DNA of 64,000 bases from Flectonema sp. DT1601 (Eukaryota): assembly GCA_964019425.1 (NCBI GenBank), contig OZ025790.1, positions 372,001 through 436,000 on the forward strand, in the 5' to 3' direction. Position 1 is the stretch's first letter. Each line of letters starts with the position of its first letter. Position numbers and translations under genes: made by a program. Under the pieces are notes generated by a model, which was not told the origin of the DNA, searched no databases, and saw only the letters and a list, made by a program, of their open reading frames with translations. Below, piece by piece: positions 11,621 through 26,099 of this stretch.

Positions 11621-14541
11621 TTTTATTTTCAGCTTAATTAGCTACAAATTGTTTCTACTAAGTGTTTCTCACTTAGTTTTTTTTTTTTGCTTTTCAGCTC
11701 CTTAAAAGCTGCTAAGTGTTTCTGCTAAGTGTTTCTCACTTAGAATTTTATTTTTATGTTCGTTTTCTATCCCTTCTCCTATCCCTTTTGTTCAAAATGA
11801 GCGGGAGGAAATTCTCTCATTCACGCTAAGATGCACTCTGAACTTTGATTTTTTGATCTGAGTGTGAGGGAATGACCTGTTAGTGCATTGGGCATAGGCT
11901 GGGCTGCAGTTTAGATGTCTTAGGTGTTAATAGGGGGTTCCTCTTAGCATTTTTCTTTGTTCCCACCTTATGATTTTCTTGAAGAAAAAAAATAGAAGTC
12001 ATAATGGTGCTTCCCTCTGGAAGGGTTGTAAGCCATGGTGTCCAACTAAATTAAAGGACAAGTCTGGGATAATCCCTGCCAGAGGGGCGAGTATTCTACC
12101 ATGGTTGAAATACTCTGGCAACTGATCTTCAATTTTATGTTGTTTGTTAGCTGCTGGTGTATCTCGATCATGTGTTGATACTTGCATTTTTTTTTTATTT
12201 GTAATCTTTTACTACAATAACTCTTGCAATTATCTTTTCTTTTTTATTCTCTATCTGTTCTGGTCTGTTTCTTCATTTTTTTACATTAATAATTACATTT
12301 TGTTCAAAAAGAAAAAAAAAGAAAAAGATTTCATATTAGAAACTAGGAAACTAGGTTAACACTTAGTTAAAATTAAGACCGGTTAGTCAGTTTAAGGTCT
12401 TGTCTAGGACCAACATTCTTGTTTAACTTCAGTTATATTCATTTTACTTTTTATTGTTTCCCATCTGTTTTTATTTTCTATTAGTTCTGGTCAGAAACCC
12501 CTGGGCAGCAAGAAGGAAAGCAGTTTAGTACTTCTGGGTGTTTGGCATCACCCCCCATAGTGAGCAAGTACAACAGGTAGCATTGGTAGTCTGTTGATCC
12601 TGAGTGATCCCAGCTACAGTTTTGTTTTTCTTTCTTTTTTTTAGAAGAAGATCAGGACATTCAAGCACTGCTGGATAGTTGCTGAATGCAGGGCCTGCCT
12701 GTGGCATTATAATAACAGGCTAAGTCATTTGTAGTTCATAGTTTACCTTTGATTTTATAACTTCACATAGGGTACTATGAACGATGAGAGATCCAGTGGG
12801 ATCACTCAGGGTCTAGTAGAGACCACCAATGTTGTGCGTTGATAGGCAAGGTGACCAACCTTGACATTCTTTCTTTTCTCTCCTGTTGTGACAAACACAA
12901 AATACACACACAGCTTACAGTGTGTTCTTTGTGTATGTTTTCTTCAGGTGTGAGTAGTTTTTTTGTTCTTGCTCTTCAGGGAGGGCCTTAGCCAAAAGCT
13001 AACAGTCCAAATCTCACCTGAAAATTCAACTCAGTCCTTGTCAGTTTTGGCATCAAACTTGTAATGGTTTAATCATTACAGGTTATTTACTGAAATATTT
13101 GTTCTAAAAGTTGCTAAGTATTTCTCACTTAGAAATTTTTTATTTTTTTATTTTCAGCTTAATTAGCTACAAATTGTTTCTACTAAGTGTTTCTCACTTA
13201 GTTTTTTTTTTTTGCTTTTCAGCTCCTTAAAAGCTGCTAAGTGTTTCTGCTAAGTGTTTCTCACTTAGAATTTTATTTTTATGTTCGTTTTCTATCCCTT
13301 CTCCTATCCCTTTTGTTCAAAATGAGCGGGAGGAAATTCTCTCATTCACGCTAAGATGCACTCTGAACTTTGATTTTTTGATCTGAGTGTGAGGGAATGA
13401 CCTGTTAGTGCATTGGGCATAGGCTGGGCTGCAGTTTAGATGTCTTAGGTGTTAATAGGGGGTTCCTCTTAGCATTTTTCTTTGTTCCCACCTTATGATT
13501 TTCTTGAAGAAAAAAAATAGAAGTCATAATGGTGCTTCCCTCTGGAAGGGTTGTAAGCCATGGTGTCCAACTAAATTAAAGGACAAGTCTGGGATAATCC
13601 CTGCCAGAGGGGCGAGTATTCTACCATGGTTGAAATACTCTGGCAACTGATCTTCAATTTTATGTTGTTTGTTAGCTGCTGGTGTATCTCGATCATGTGT
13701 TGATACTTGCATTTTTTTTTATTTGTAATCTTTTACTACAATAACTCTTGCAATTATCTTTTCTTTTTTATTCTCTATCTGTTCTGGTCTGTTTCTTCAT
13801 TTTTTTACATTAATAATTACATTTTGTTCAAAAAGAAAAAAAAAGAAAAAGATTTCATATTAGAAACTAGGAAACTAGGTTAACACTTAGTTAAAATTAA
13901 GACCGGTTAGTCAGTTTAAGGTCTTGTCTAGGACCAACATTCTTGTTTAACTTCAGTTATATTCATTTTACTTTTTATTGTTTCCCATCTGTTTTTATTT
14001 TCTATTAGTTCTGGTCAGAAACCCCTGGGCAGCAAGAAGGAAAGCAGTTTAGTACTTCTGGGTGTTTGGCATCACCCCCCATAGTGAGCAAGTACAACAG
14101 GTAGCATTGGTAGTCTGTTGATCCTGAGTGATCCCAGCTACAGTTTTGTTTTTCTTTCTTTTTTTTAGAAGAAGATCAGGACATTCAAGCACTGCTGGAT
14201 AGTTGCTGAATGCAGGGCCTGCCTGTGGCATTATAATAACAGGCTAAGTCATTTGTAGTTCATAGTTTACCTTTGATTTTATAACTTCACATAGGGTACT
14301 ATGAACGATGAGAGATCCAGTGGGATCACTCAGGGTCTAGTAGAGACCACCAATGTTGTGCGTTGATAGGCAAGGTGACCAACCTTGACATTCTTTCTTT
14401 TCTCTCATGTTGTGACAAACACAAAATACACACACAGCTTACAGTGTGTTCTTTGTGTATGTTTTCTTCAGGTGTGAGTAGTTTTTTTGTTCTTGCTCTT
14501 CAGGGAGGGCCTTAGCCAAAAGCTAACAGTCCAAATCTCAC
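11621..14541. repeat. Repeat family A, long variant (1525-bp period), ~2 copies
   Basis: Identical ORFs at 11999 and 13524. Confidence 0.9.
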
Positions 14542-14561
14542 TTTAAAAAATAATAAGAAGG

Positions 14562-14593
<32 letters not shown>

Positions 14594-15516
14594 AATAAAC
14601 AATGTTATCATTGTTTTTTTATCGATCGACTATGTCGATCACTTTCTATTTTTCGTCCTGGTCAGGACGCTAAACTGATTGTTTTTTCTTTAAAAATAAA
14701 TAAAAAGAATAAAAAAAAAAAGAAAAAAGGAATAAACAATGTTATCATTGTTTTTATTTTATCGATCGACTATGTCGATTACTTTCTATTTTCCGTCCTG
14801 GTCAAGACGCTAAACTGATTGTTTTTTTTTCAAAATTAATAAAAAAGAATATAAAAAAAAAATAAAAAAAGAAGAATAAACAATGTTATCATTGTTTTTT
14901 TTTTTATTGTTCGACTTTGTTGACTAATTTCTATTTTCCGTTTTTTTTCTTTTTAAAAAATAAATAAAAAGAATTTAAAAAAAAAAAAAAAAAAAAGAAT
15001 AAACAATGTTATCATTGTTTTTTTTTCATCGATCGACTATGTCGATTACTTTCTATTTTCCGTCCTGGTCAAGACGCTAAACTGATTGTTTTTTTTTCAA
15101 AATTAATAAAAAAGAATATAAAAAAAAACAAAAACAAAAAGAATAAACAATGTTATCATTGTTTTTTTTTTATCGTTCGACTTTGTCGACTAATTTTTAT
15201 TTTCCGTTTTTTTTTCTTTAAAAATAAATAAAAAGAATTTAAAAAAAAAAAAAAAAAAAAAGAATAAACAATGTTATCATTGTTTTTTTATCGATCGACT
15301 ATGTCGATCACTTTCTATTTTCCGTCCTGGTCAAGACGCTAAACTGATTGTTTTTTCTTTAAAATAATAAAAAGGATTAAAAAAAAAAAAAAAAAAAAAA
15401 AAAGAATAAACAATGTTATCATTGTTTTTTATCGATCGACTATGTCGATCACTTTCTATTTTCCGTCCTGGTCAAGACGCTAAACTGATTGTTTTTTCTT
15501 TAAAAAATAATTAAAA

Positions 15517-15551
<35 letters not shown>

Positions 15552-15806
15552 TTAATCAATGTTATCATTGTTTTTTTATCGATCGACTATGTCGATCACT
15601 TTCAATTTTCCGTCCTGGTCAGGACGCTAAACTGATTGTTTTTTCTTTAAAAATAAATGAAAAGAACAAAAAAAAAAAAAAAAAAAAAAGGAATAAACAA
15701 TGTTATCATTGTTTTTTTTTTATCGATCGACTATGTCGATTACTTTCTATTTTCCGTCCTGGTCAAGACGCTAAACTGATTGTTTTTTCTTTAAAATAAT
15801 TAAAAG

Positions 15807-15843
<37 letters not shown>

Positions 15844-16384
15844 ATAAACAATGTTATCATTGTTTTTTTTCTATCGATCGACTATGTCGATTAATTTCTA
15901 TTTTCCGTCCTGATCGAGACGCTAAACTGATTGTTTCCTTTTTTTAAATAATAAATAAAAAAAAAAAAAAAAAAAAAAAAAGAGCATCTCCCTGCTATCC
16001 TCATATCCCCACAATAATATTATACCTTTTCATTTTCTCTTTCCTTTTCTGGTCTTTTTTTTTCTTTTTTTCCTTTTTCATACAACGTTTTTTATTTATA
16101 TTTTTTTTTTTTTTTTTTTTTTTTTCATGTTTGATTATTTCCTCTTCATATTTTTTTTTTTCTATTCTTTCTTTTTTTTTTTTTTTTTTTTCTCTGCCTC
16201 TCTCTCAATTCTGTTCGTTTCTTTGAAACGAAAATTCATTTGAATATTATTCCTTGGTCAGCAACCATCATTGTCGCCCTTTGGGCCTGTTAAAAAAAAA
16301 AATAAAAATAAAAAGAAAGTTTACATCGGGAATAGGGCAGGAGCCAAAAGCTCCCAGTCCGTTACTTCCCACTTATCGAAATTC
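14542..16384. repeat. Satellite array plus family B cap
   Basis: Same monomers; the cap ends at 16384. Confidence 0.9.
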
Positions 16385-19286
16385 ACAGGTGGGGTGATGG
16401 GTTGCGCCACTGCAATCCAGTCACAAAAAGAAACAAAGGTAATCTCCAGGGTTCTCGACCCTTGGCTCTCCCTGCGCAAGCATCGCATGGAGGGTGACGC
16501 TAAGCACCCGGGGAGTACGAAACAAACTTTCCCCCTGCTGTCCTGTTTGAAATAAAAAAAAAAAAAAAAAAAAAACAAAGGGATAGAAGTAAACAGAATA
16601 CATTACACCTCAACAGGTGACGCTAAACACCCAGGGGATACAAACCAAACTTTCCCCCTGTTGCCCTGTTTGAAATAAATTAAAAAAAAGAACAAGAAAA
16701 CAGAATACAATACTCAGCAATCAGACTCGTTCACTCGCTTCGTCAGAGCCGTTCGAGCCGATGCTCATGTAAAGTTACCTGTTTTCTTTTAACAAATTAA
16801 ATAAAATAAAATAAAAATAAAGTATACAAACCAAACTTTCCCTGGAATACAATACCTAACAATCAGTGCGTTCACTGGCCTTAGGGCTGTTCGGACTTAT
16901 GCTTTGGACTGTTCCCTTGCAGAAAAAAAAGTAAAATAAACCAACTTTGGGACATTAGAAAAGCATAAAATAAAAGTTGCTACAACCAAAAGACAACTGC
17001 AAAAAATAAGGTTTTTGTAGGGGAGCTACAATGTAGCAATAATGTCACACAGTCATGTGGCAAGCTGAATAAGAAATTTGGGAGAGGAATAGGGGCAGTG
17101 AACTTTTGATTCAGGCCCTTCCCAACGAACAGGACGAAGACTTCTAAAACCTGAGATGAACCAATTGAGTTGAAACAAACAAATAACAGAGACGCAACAC
17201 ATACCGGAACATCATCGCAAGCAATGCTTCGGACCTCCGTCGACCTTCGTTCTTCCGGCGGCAAAGGGAAACAAGAAAGAACGGGCAATGAGACAAACCT
17301 GTTAGTTGGTGTTGTGTTGTTGTTAAAAACAAAAACATAAACGCCAGGAAGTTCGACAACGAAGACATCGACATCGATCGCTACTCTGCAGATGTCCGGC
17401 GGGTGTTTGTCTACACTGTGTTTATTGTTTGTTTTTTTCCCAAGGTTCAACCCTGGGAAGAGAAGTAAAAAATTCCGTCAGTGTTGGCCTTCCTGTTCGA
17501 AGGTGCGCACCAATGACGATAAATAGAGTGGGGGGGAGAAAACCTTTGATCCAACTGGATCCCTTCACGAGCTGACATTGCCATGTGAAGTTAAATATTC
17601 TGGCGATGCCAGCTCAGGCGACTTAGCCTGCTTTTTTCTTTAAATAAAAAAAATAAAAAGATACCAACAGGTGGGGTGATGGGTTGCGCCACTGCAATCC
17701 AGTCACAAAAAGAAACAAAGGTAATCTCCAGGGTTCTCGACCCTTGGCTCTCCCTGCGCAAGCATCGCATGGAGGGTGACGCTAAGCACCCGGGGGGTAC
17801 GAAACAAACTTTCCCCCTGCTGTCCTGTTTGAAATAAAAAAAAAAAAAAAAAAAAAACAAAGGGATAGAAGTAAACAGAATACATTACACCTCAACAGGT
17901 GACGCTAAACACCCAGGGGATACAAACCAAACTTTCCCCCTGTTGCCCTGTTTGAAATAAATTAAAAAAAAGAACAAGAAAACAGAATACAATACTCAGC
18001 AATCAGACTCGTTCACTCGCTTCGTCAGAGCCGTTCGAGCCGATGCTCATGTAAAGTTACCTGTTTTCTTTTAACAAATTAAATAAAATAAAATAAAAAT
18101 AAAGTATACAAACCAAACTTTCCCTGGAATACAATACCTAACAATCAGTGCGTTCACTGGCCTTAGGGCTGTTCGGACTTATGCTTTGGACTGTTCCCTT
18201 GCAGAAAAAAAAGTAAAATAAACCAACTTTGGGACATTAGAAAAGCATAAAATAAAAGTTGCTACAACCAAAAGACAACTGCAAAAAATAAGGTTTTTGT
18301 AGGGGAGCTACAATGTAGCAATAATGTCACACAGTCATGTGGCAAGCTGAATAAGAAATTTGGGAGAGGAATAGGGGCAGTGAACTTTTGATTCAGGCCC
18401 TTCCCAACGAACAGGACGAAGACTTCTAAAACCTGAGATGAACCAATTGAGTTGAAACAAACAAATAACAGAGACGCAACACATACCGGAACATCATCGC
18501 AAGCAATGCTTCGGACCTCCGTCGACCTTCGTTCTTCCGGCGGCAAAGGGAAACAAGAAAGAACGGGCAATGAGACAAACCTGTTAGTTGGTGTTGTGTT
18601 GTTGTTAAAAACAAAAACATAAACGCCAGGAAGTTCGACAACGAAGACATCGACATTGATCGCTGCTCTGCAGATGTCCGGCGGGTGTTTGTCTACACTG
18701 TGTTTATTGTTTGTTTTTTTCCCAAGGTTCAACCCTGGGAAGAGAAGTAAAAAATTCCGTCAGTGTTGGCCTTCCTGTTCGAAGGTGCGCACCAATGACG
18801 ATAAATAGAGTGGGGGGGAGAAAACCTTTGATCCAACTGGATCCCTTCACGAGCTGACATTGCCATGTGAAGTTAAATATTCTGGCGATGCCAGCTCAGG
18901 CGACTTAGCCTGCTTTTTTCTTTAAATAAAAAAAATAAAAAGATACCAACAGGTGGGGTGATGGGTTGCGCCACTGCAATCCAGTCACAAAAAGAAACAA
19001 AGGTAATCTCCAGGGTTCTCGACCCTTGGCTCTCCCTGCGCAAGCATCGCATGGAGGGTGACGCTAAGCACCCGGGGGGTACGAAACAAACTTTCCCCCT
19101 GCTGTCCTGTTTGAAATAAAAAAAAAAAAAAAAAAAAAACAAAGGGATAGAAGTAAACAGAATACATTACACCTCAACAGGTGACGCTAAACACCCAGGG
19201 GATACAAACCAAACTTTCCCCCTGTTGCCCTGTTTGAAATAAATTAAAAAAAAGAACAAGAAAACAGAATACAATACTCAGCAATC
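16385..19286. repeat. Repeat family C, ~2.3 tandem copies
   Basis: Near-identical ORFs at 16980 and 18262 (offset 1282). Confidence 0.9.
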
Positions 19287-19768
19287 ATCTTTTTATTTAT
19301 AAAAAAAAACAATCAGTTTAGCGTCTTGACCAGGACGGAAAATAGAAAGTGATCGACATAGTCGATCGATAAAAAAACAATGATAACATTGTTTATTCTT
19401 TTTTTTTATTTTAAATTCTTTTTATTTATTTTTTAAAGAAAAAAAAACGGAAAATAGAAATTAGTCGACAAAGTCGAACGAAGAAAAAAAACAATGATAA
19501 CATTGTTTATTCTTTTTTTTTATTTTAAAATCTTTTTATTTATTTTTTAAAGAAAAAAACTGAAAATAGAAATTAGTCGACAAAGTCGAACGATAAAAAA
19601 AACAATGATAACATTGTTTATTCTTTTTTTTTATTTTAAATTCTTTTTATTTATTTTTTAAAGAAAAGAAACGGAAAATAGAAATTAGTCCGATAAAAAA
19701 AAAAACAATGATAACATTGTTTATTCTTTTTTTTATTTTTTTTTTTATATTCTTTTTTATTAATTTTG
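19287..19768. repeat. Short satellite array
   Basis: Four to five monomers with AACAATGATAACATTGTT. Confidence 0.9.
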
Positions 19769-22700
19769 GGATCACTCAGGGTCTAGTAGAGACCACCAAT
19801 GTTGTGCGTTGATAGGCAAGGTGACCAACCTTGACATTCTTTCTTTTCTCTCCTGTTGTGACAAACACAAAATACACGCACAGCTTACAGTGTGTTCTTT
19901 GTGTATGTTTTCTTCAGGTGTGAGTAGTTTTTTTGTTCTTGCTCTTCAGGGAGGGCCTTAGCCAAAAGCTAACAGTCCAAATCTCACCTGGTAAACTCAA
20001 CTCAGTCTTTGTCAGTATTGGCATCAAACCTGTAATGGTTACATTAACTACCATTTCAACAGGTTATTTACTGAAATATTTGTTCTAAAAGTTGCTAAGT
20101 ATCTCTCACTTAGAAATTTTTTTTATTTTTTTATTTTCAGCTCAATTAGCTACAAAGTGTTTCTACTAAGTGTTTCTCACTTAGATTTTTTTTTTTGCTT
20201 TTCAGCTCCTTAAAAGCTGCTAAGTATTTTTGCTAAGTGTTTCTCACTTAGAATCTTATTGTTATGTTCGTTTTCTATCCCTTCTCCTATCCCTTTTGTT
20301 CAAAAAAAGCGGGAGGAAATTCTCTCATTCATGCTAAGATGCACTCTGAACTTTGATTTTTTTGATCTGAGTGTGAGGGAATAACCTGTTAGTGCATTGG
20401 GCATAAGCTGGGCTGCAGTTTAGATGTCTTAGGTGTTAATAAGGGGTTCCTCTTAGCATTTTTCTTTGTTCCCACCTTATGATTTTCTTGAAGAAAAAAA
20501 ATAGAAGTCATAATGGTGCTTCCCTCTGGAAGGGTTGTAAGCCATGGTGTCCAACTAAATTAAAGGACAAGTCTGGGATAATCCCTGCCAGAGGGGCGAG
20601 TATTCTACCATGGTTGAAATACTCTGGCAACTGATCTTCAATTTTATGTTGTTTGTTAGCTGCTGGTGTATCTTGATTATGTGTTGATACTTGCATTTTC
20701 TTATTTGTAATCTTCTATTACAATTCTCTTTCTGTTCTGGTCTGTTACTTCATTTGTCTTGTTTAACTTCAGTTATATCCATTTTACTTTTTATTGTTTC
20801 CCATCTACTTTTTATTTTCTATTAGTTCTGGTCAGAAACTCCTGGGCAGCAAGAAGGAAAGTAGTTTAGTACTTCTGGGTGTTTGGCATCACCCCCCATA
20901 GTGAGCAAGTACAACAGGTAGCATTGGTAGTCTGTTGATCCTGAGTGATCCCAGCTACAGTTTTGTTTTTCTTTCTTTTTTTTAGAAGAAGATCAGGACA
21001 TCCAAGCACTGCTGGATAGTTGCTGAATGCAGGGCCTGCCTGTGGCATTATAATAACAGGCTAAGTCATTTGTAGTTCATAGTTTACCTTTGATTTTATA
21101 ACTTCACATAGGTACTATGAACGATGAGAGATCCAGTGGGATCACTCAGGGTCTAGTAGAGACCACCAATGTTGTGCGTTGATAGGCAAGGTGACCAACC
21201 TTGACATTCTTTCTTTTCTCTCCTGTTGTGACAAACACAAAATACACACACAGCTTACAGTGTGTTCTTTGTGTATGTTTTCTTCAGGTGTGAGTAGTTT
21301 TTTTGTTCTTGCTCTTCAGGGAGGGCCTTAGCCAAAAGCTAACAGTCCAAATCTCACCTGGAAATTCAACTCAGTCCTTGTCAGTTTTGGCATCAAACTT
21401 GTAATGGTTTAATCATTACAGGTTATTTACTGAAATATTTGTTCTAAAAGTTGCTAAGTATTTCTCACTTAGAATTTTTTTTTATTTTTTTATTTTCAGC
21501 TTAATTAGCTACAAATTGTTTCTACTAAGTGTTTCTCACTTAGATTTTTTTTTTGCTTTTCAGCTCCTTAAAAGCTGCTAAGTGTTTCTGCTAAGTGTTT
21601 CTCACTTAGAATCTTATTGTTATGTTCGTTTTCTATCCCTTCTCCTATCCCTTTTGTTCAAAATAAGCGGGAGGAAATTCTCTCATTCACGCTAAGATGC
21701 ACTCTGAACTTTGATTTTTTGATCTGAGTGTGAGGGAATGACCTGTTAGTGCATTGGGCATAAGCTGGGCTGCAGTTTAGATGTCTTAGGTGTTAATAAG
21801 GGGTTCCTCTTAGCATTTTTCTTTGTTCCCACCTTATGATTTTCTTGAAGAAAAAAAATAGAAGTCATAATGGTGCTTCCCTCTGGAAGGGTTGTAAGCC
21901 ATGGTGTCCAACTAAATTAAAGGACAAGTCTGGGATAATCCCTGCCAGAGGGGCGAGTATTCTACCATGGTTGAAATACTCTGGCAACTGATCTTCAATT
22001 TTATGTTGTTTGTTAGCTGCTGGTGTATCTTGATCATGTGTTGATACTTGCATTTTCTTATTTGTAATCTTCTATTACAATTCTCTTTCTGTTCTGGTCT
22101 GTTACTTCATTTGTCTTGTTTAACTTCAGTTATATCCATTTTACTTTTTATTGTTTCCCATCTACTTTTTATTTTCTATTAGTTCTGGTCAGAAACTCTT
22201 GGGCAGCAAGAAGGAAAGTAGTTTAGTACTTCTGGGTGTTTGGCATCACCCCCCATAGTGAGCAAGTACAACAGGTAGCATTGGTAGTCTGTTGATCCTG
22301 AGTGATCCCAGCTACAGTTTTGTTTTTCTTTCTTTTTTTTAGAAGAAGATCAGGACATCCAAGCACTGCTGGATAGTTGCTGAATGCAGGGCCTGCCTGT
22401 GGCATTATAATAACAGGCTAAGTCATTTGTAGTTCATAGTTTACCTTTGATTTTATAACTTCACATAGGGTACTATGAACGATGAGAGATCCAGTGGGAT
22501 CACTCAGGGTCTAGTAGAGACCACCAATGTTGTGCGTTGATAGGCAAGGTGACCAACCTTGACATTCTTTCTTTTCTCTCCTGTTGTGACAAACACAAAA
22601 TACACACACAGCTTACAGTGTGTTCTTTGTGTATGTTTTCTTCAGGTGTGAGTAGTTTTTTTGTTCTTGCTCTTCAGGGAGGGCCTTAGCCAAAAGCTAA

Positions 22701-23376
22701 CAGTCCAAATCTCACCTGGAAATTCAACTCACTCTGTTCTGGTCTGTTACTTCATTTGTCTTGTTTAACTTCAGTTATATCCATTTTACTTTTTATTGTT
22801 TCCCATCTACTTTTTATTTTCTATTAGTTCTGGTCAGAAACTCCTGGGCAGCAAGAAGGAAAGTAGTTTAGTACTTCTGGGTGTTTGGCATCACCCCCCA
22901 TAGTGAGCAAGTACAACAGGTAGCATTGGTAGTCTGTTGATCCTGAGTGATCCCAGCTACAGTTTTGTTTTTCTTTCTTTTTTTTAGAAGAAGATCAGGA
23001 CATCCAAGCACTGCTGGATAGTTGCTGAATGCAGGGCCTGCCTGTGGCATTATAATAACAGGCTAAGTCATTTGTAGTTCATAGTTTACCTTTGATTTTA
23101 TAACTTCACACAGGGTACTATGAACGATGAGAGATCCAGTGGGATCACTCAGGGTCTAGTAGAGACCACCAATGTTGTGCGTTGATAGGCAAGGTGACCA
23201 ACCTTGACATTCTTTCTTTTCTCTCCTGTTGTGACAAACACAAAATACACGCACAGCTTACAGTGTGTTCTTTGTGTATGTTTTCTTCAGGTGTGAGTAG
23301 TTTTTTTGTTCTTGCTCTTCAGGGAGGGCCTTAGCCAAAAGCTAACAGTCCAAATCTCACCTGGTAAACTCAACTC
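19769..23376. repeat. Repeat family A tandem array (1357-bp period) plus a 645-bp truncated copy
   Basis: ORF offsets 20508 to 21865 and 22223 to 22868. Confidence 0.9.
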
Positions 23377-23994
23377 TGGCTGATTCACGTAATGGTTGGG
23401 TTCTCAAGACTGGTTGCTTGCTAATGTGAATGCTGACGTTCGAACTGCCCCGACTTTCGAGTAGTTTCCTTTTCCGGCGTGTAACAATCCCGACTGACGA
23501 AAAAGGTTGGAGGAATTGCTAGTTTGTTGGGTTATATTCGTAGCAGCTTCACGGTGACGGCGGCCTTACTGAGAATTATCCCTGGTTGTTACGTGTTGAA
23601 AGTCACAGGTTATAGCGTCAAAATAACACTCGCGTGGGTGGTTGCTCTCTTCGGAAAGCATAACTTCAGACCCGTCAATTCGCGGCGCTTATATCTACAC
23701 ACATTAATTAGTTGAACGAGTTCAAGTCACTTCCCTGCATAGCAGATCCGTGTCCTCTGTACTAACGCTATACTAAGTGTGACTGTGACTGATACACGTA
23801 ATGGTTGGGTTCTTTAAGTACTCAGGACTGGTTGCCTGCTGATGTGAATGCTGACGTTCGAACTGCCCCGACTTTCGAGTAATTTCCTTTCCGACTTAGG
23901 ATGACGCAGCGTGGTGGGTGCCTTGGGATTTAATAAATAAAGCGGAAATAAAGGGGCTTTCCCACCCCCCTTTATTCCGCTTATTTCCCCTTTA

Positions 23995-24295
23995 CTGCAA
24001 CTGGAAATATTACTGCGCTGAATAATTACTGCGGGGAAATATTACTGCGCGGAAAAATTAGTGCGGTTTTTTTAAGAAAAAATTAGTGCAGTTTTTTCCA
24101 CTTGGTGGTAGAAAAAAATTTGGTTGCTTTTTTGCTGTGTAAGGCACCAGCAGAAAAATGCAGCTGGAAAAAAGTCGATTCTGAGTAGAAATATTAGTGC
24201 GGTGGAAATATTACTGCGTGGAAAAATTAGTGCGGTTTTTTGCAGATTTGGAAATTAGTGCGGTTTTTTCCGCGCAGTAATATTTCCAGTTGCAG
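23995..24295. mobile_element. Second copy of the ~300-bp TA MITE, opposite orientation
   Basis: Same 24-bp TIRs and TA flanks; nested in a CCCCTTTATT-rich segment. Confidence 0.85.
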
Positions 24296-24451
24296 TATTT
24301 CCCCTTTATTTTGGAAAAAAAGGAAAAAAAGCCCTTTATTTGGATTAAAAGCCCTTTATTTCCCCTTTATTTTGGAATTACGGAAATTAAAGGGCATTAA
24401 AAGCCCTTTAATTTCCCCTTTATTTTGCCCCCTTTAAAGGGGTACAAGTAT

Positions 24452-26068
24452 GATATATAAATAAAAAAACGTTGTATGAAAAAGGAAAAAAAAAAAAAAA
24501 AAAAAAAAAGACCAGAAAAGGAAAGAGAAAATGAAAAGGTATAATATTATTGTGGGGATATGAGGGATAGCAGGGAGATGCTCTTTTTTTTTTTTTTTTT
24601 TATATTTTTTATTTTTTTTATTATTTATTATTTAAAAAAAAGGAAACAATCAGTTTTGCGTCTCGATCAGGACGGAAAATAGAAATTAATCGACATAGTC
24701 GATCGATAGAAAAAGAAACAATGATAACATTGTTTATTCTTTTTTTTTTTTTTTTTTTTTAAATCCTTTTAATTATTTTAAAGAAAAAACAATCAGTTTA
24801 GCGTCTTGACCAGGACGGAAAATAGAAAGTAATCGACATAGTCGATCGATAAAAAAAACAATGATAACATTGTTTAATCCTTTTTTTTTTTTTTTTTTTT
24901 TTTAACTTTTTATTAATTTTTAAAGAAAAAACAATCAGTTTAGCGTCCTGACCAGGACGGAAAATAGAAAGTAATCGACATAGTCGATCGATAAAAAAAA
25001 ACAATGATAACATTGTTTATTCCTTTTTTTTTTTTTTTTAACTTTTTATTTATTTTTTAAAGAAAAAACAATCAGTTTAGCGTCCTGACCAGGACGGAAA
25101 ATAGAAATTAGTCGACAAAGTCGATCGATAAGAAACAATGATAACATTGTTTATTCATTTTTTTTTTTTTTTTTTTTTTATATTCTTCATAGATGGAAGT
25201 GCCCTACAATTTGGAGGGCGTGTAGGGCGCTTGTAGGGCGCTTTTAATATAAATATTATTTTGGAGGGCGCTTTTTTTTACTTTTTTTATTACTATAAGA
25301 CAGCTAAGTTGACGGGGACTTACACTGACGCACAAGTATTTTGACGCAGAAGCCAAAAAAATTTTTTTTGACATGCTTGGCAGTCTTTCGGAAAAAAAAA
25401 AGGGTGTCAAGGGGTTCGAACCTGAGACCTCCAGGTCATGGTTCGGAGGTGAACAATGGCAAAAACAATGGGCCACTCCTTGAGAGCTTCCGGGCCTGCT
25501 GCAATCCCTGAAGCTGAAACTCATTTCAGTGGACGATGCATCCCAGATCTACAAGGAGCTGATTAGCCCGCAGAATGCACCGAGTCGAATATAAGGGATT
25601 CGAGGAGGGAGAGTGCGTTCTTGCTAACCTGTTAATAGGCCGGTCTTCACGGTACCGTGTGAGAAAAAAAAGAAGTTTACTGGTGTAAACTGATATCCCA
25701 GAGACGCATTTGATCGGGCGAACCGGAGAAAAGTCAAATAAGATGCGATTCGACCCTCGCTGAGGGCAGGGGTGTGTCAAAATGAGCTCGGCATTATATT
25801 AAATTTAATTAAAAAAGCGCCCTACGCGCCCTCCAGCGCCCTATTTTGGCCCTATTTTGGCCCTACAATGGCCCTATTTTGGCCCTACAAATTTTTGTGG
25901 CTGATTTTCACCAGGCGCCCTCCAAATTTGGAGGGCACTTCCATCTATGATTCTTTTTATTTATTTTTAAAAAAAAAAACAATCAGTTTAGCGTCTTGAC
26001 CAGGACGGAAAGTAGACAGTAATCGACAAAGTCGATCGATAAGAAACAATGATAACATTGTTTATTTC

Positions 26069-26099
<31 letters not shown>

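Noticed and set aside
25405..25432. GGTTCGAACC B-box or tRNA-like motif in the TIR element
   Set aside because: No A-box or cloverleaf could be built.
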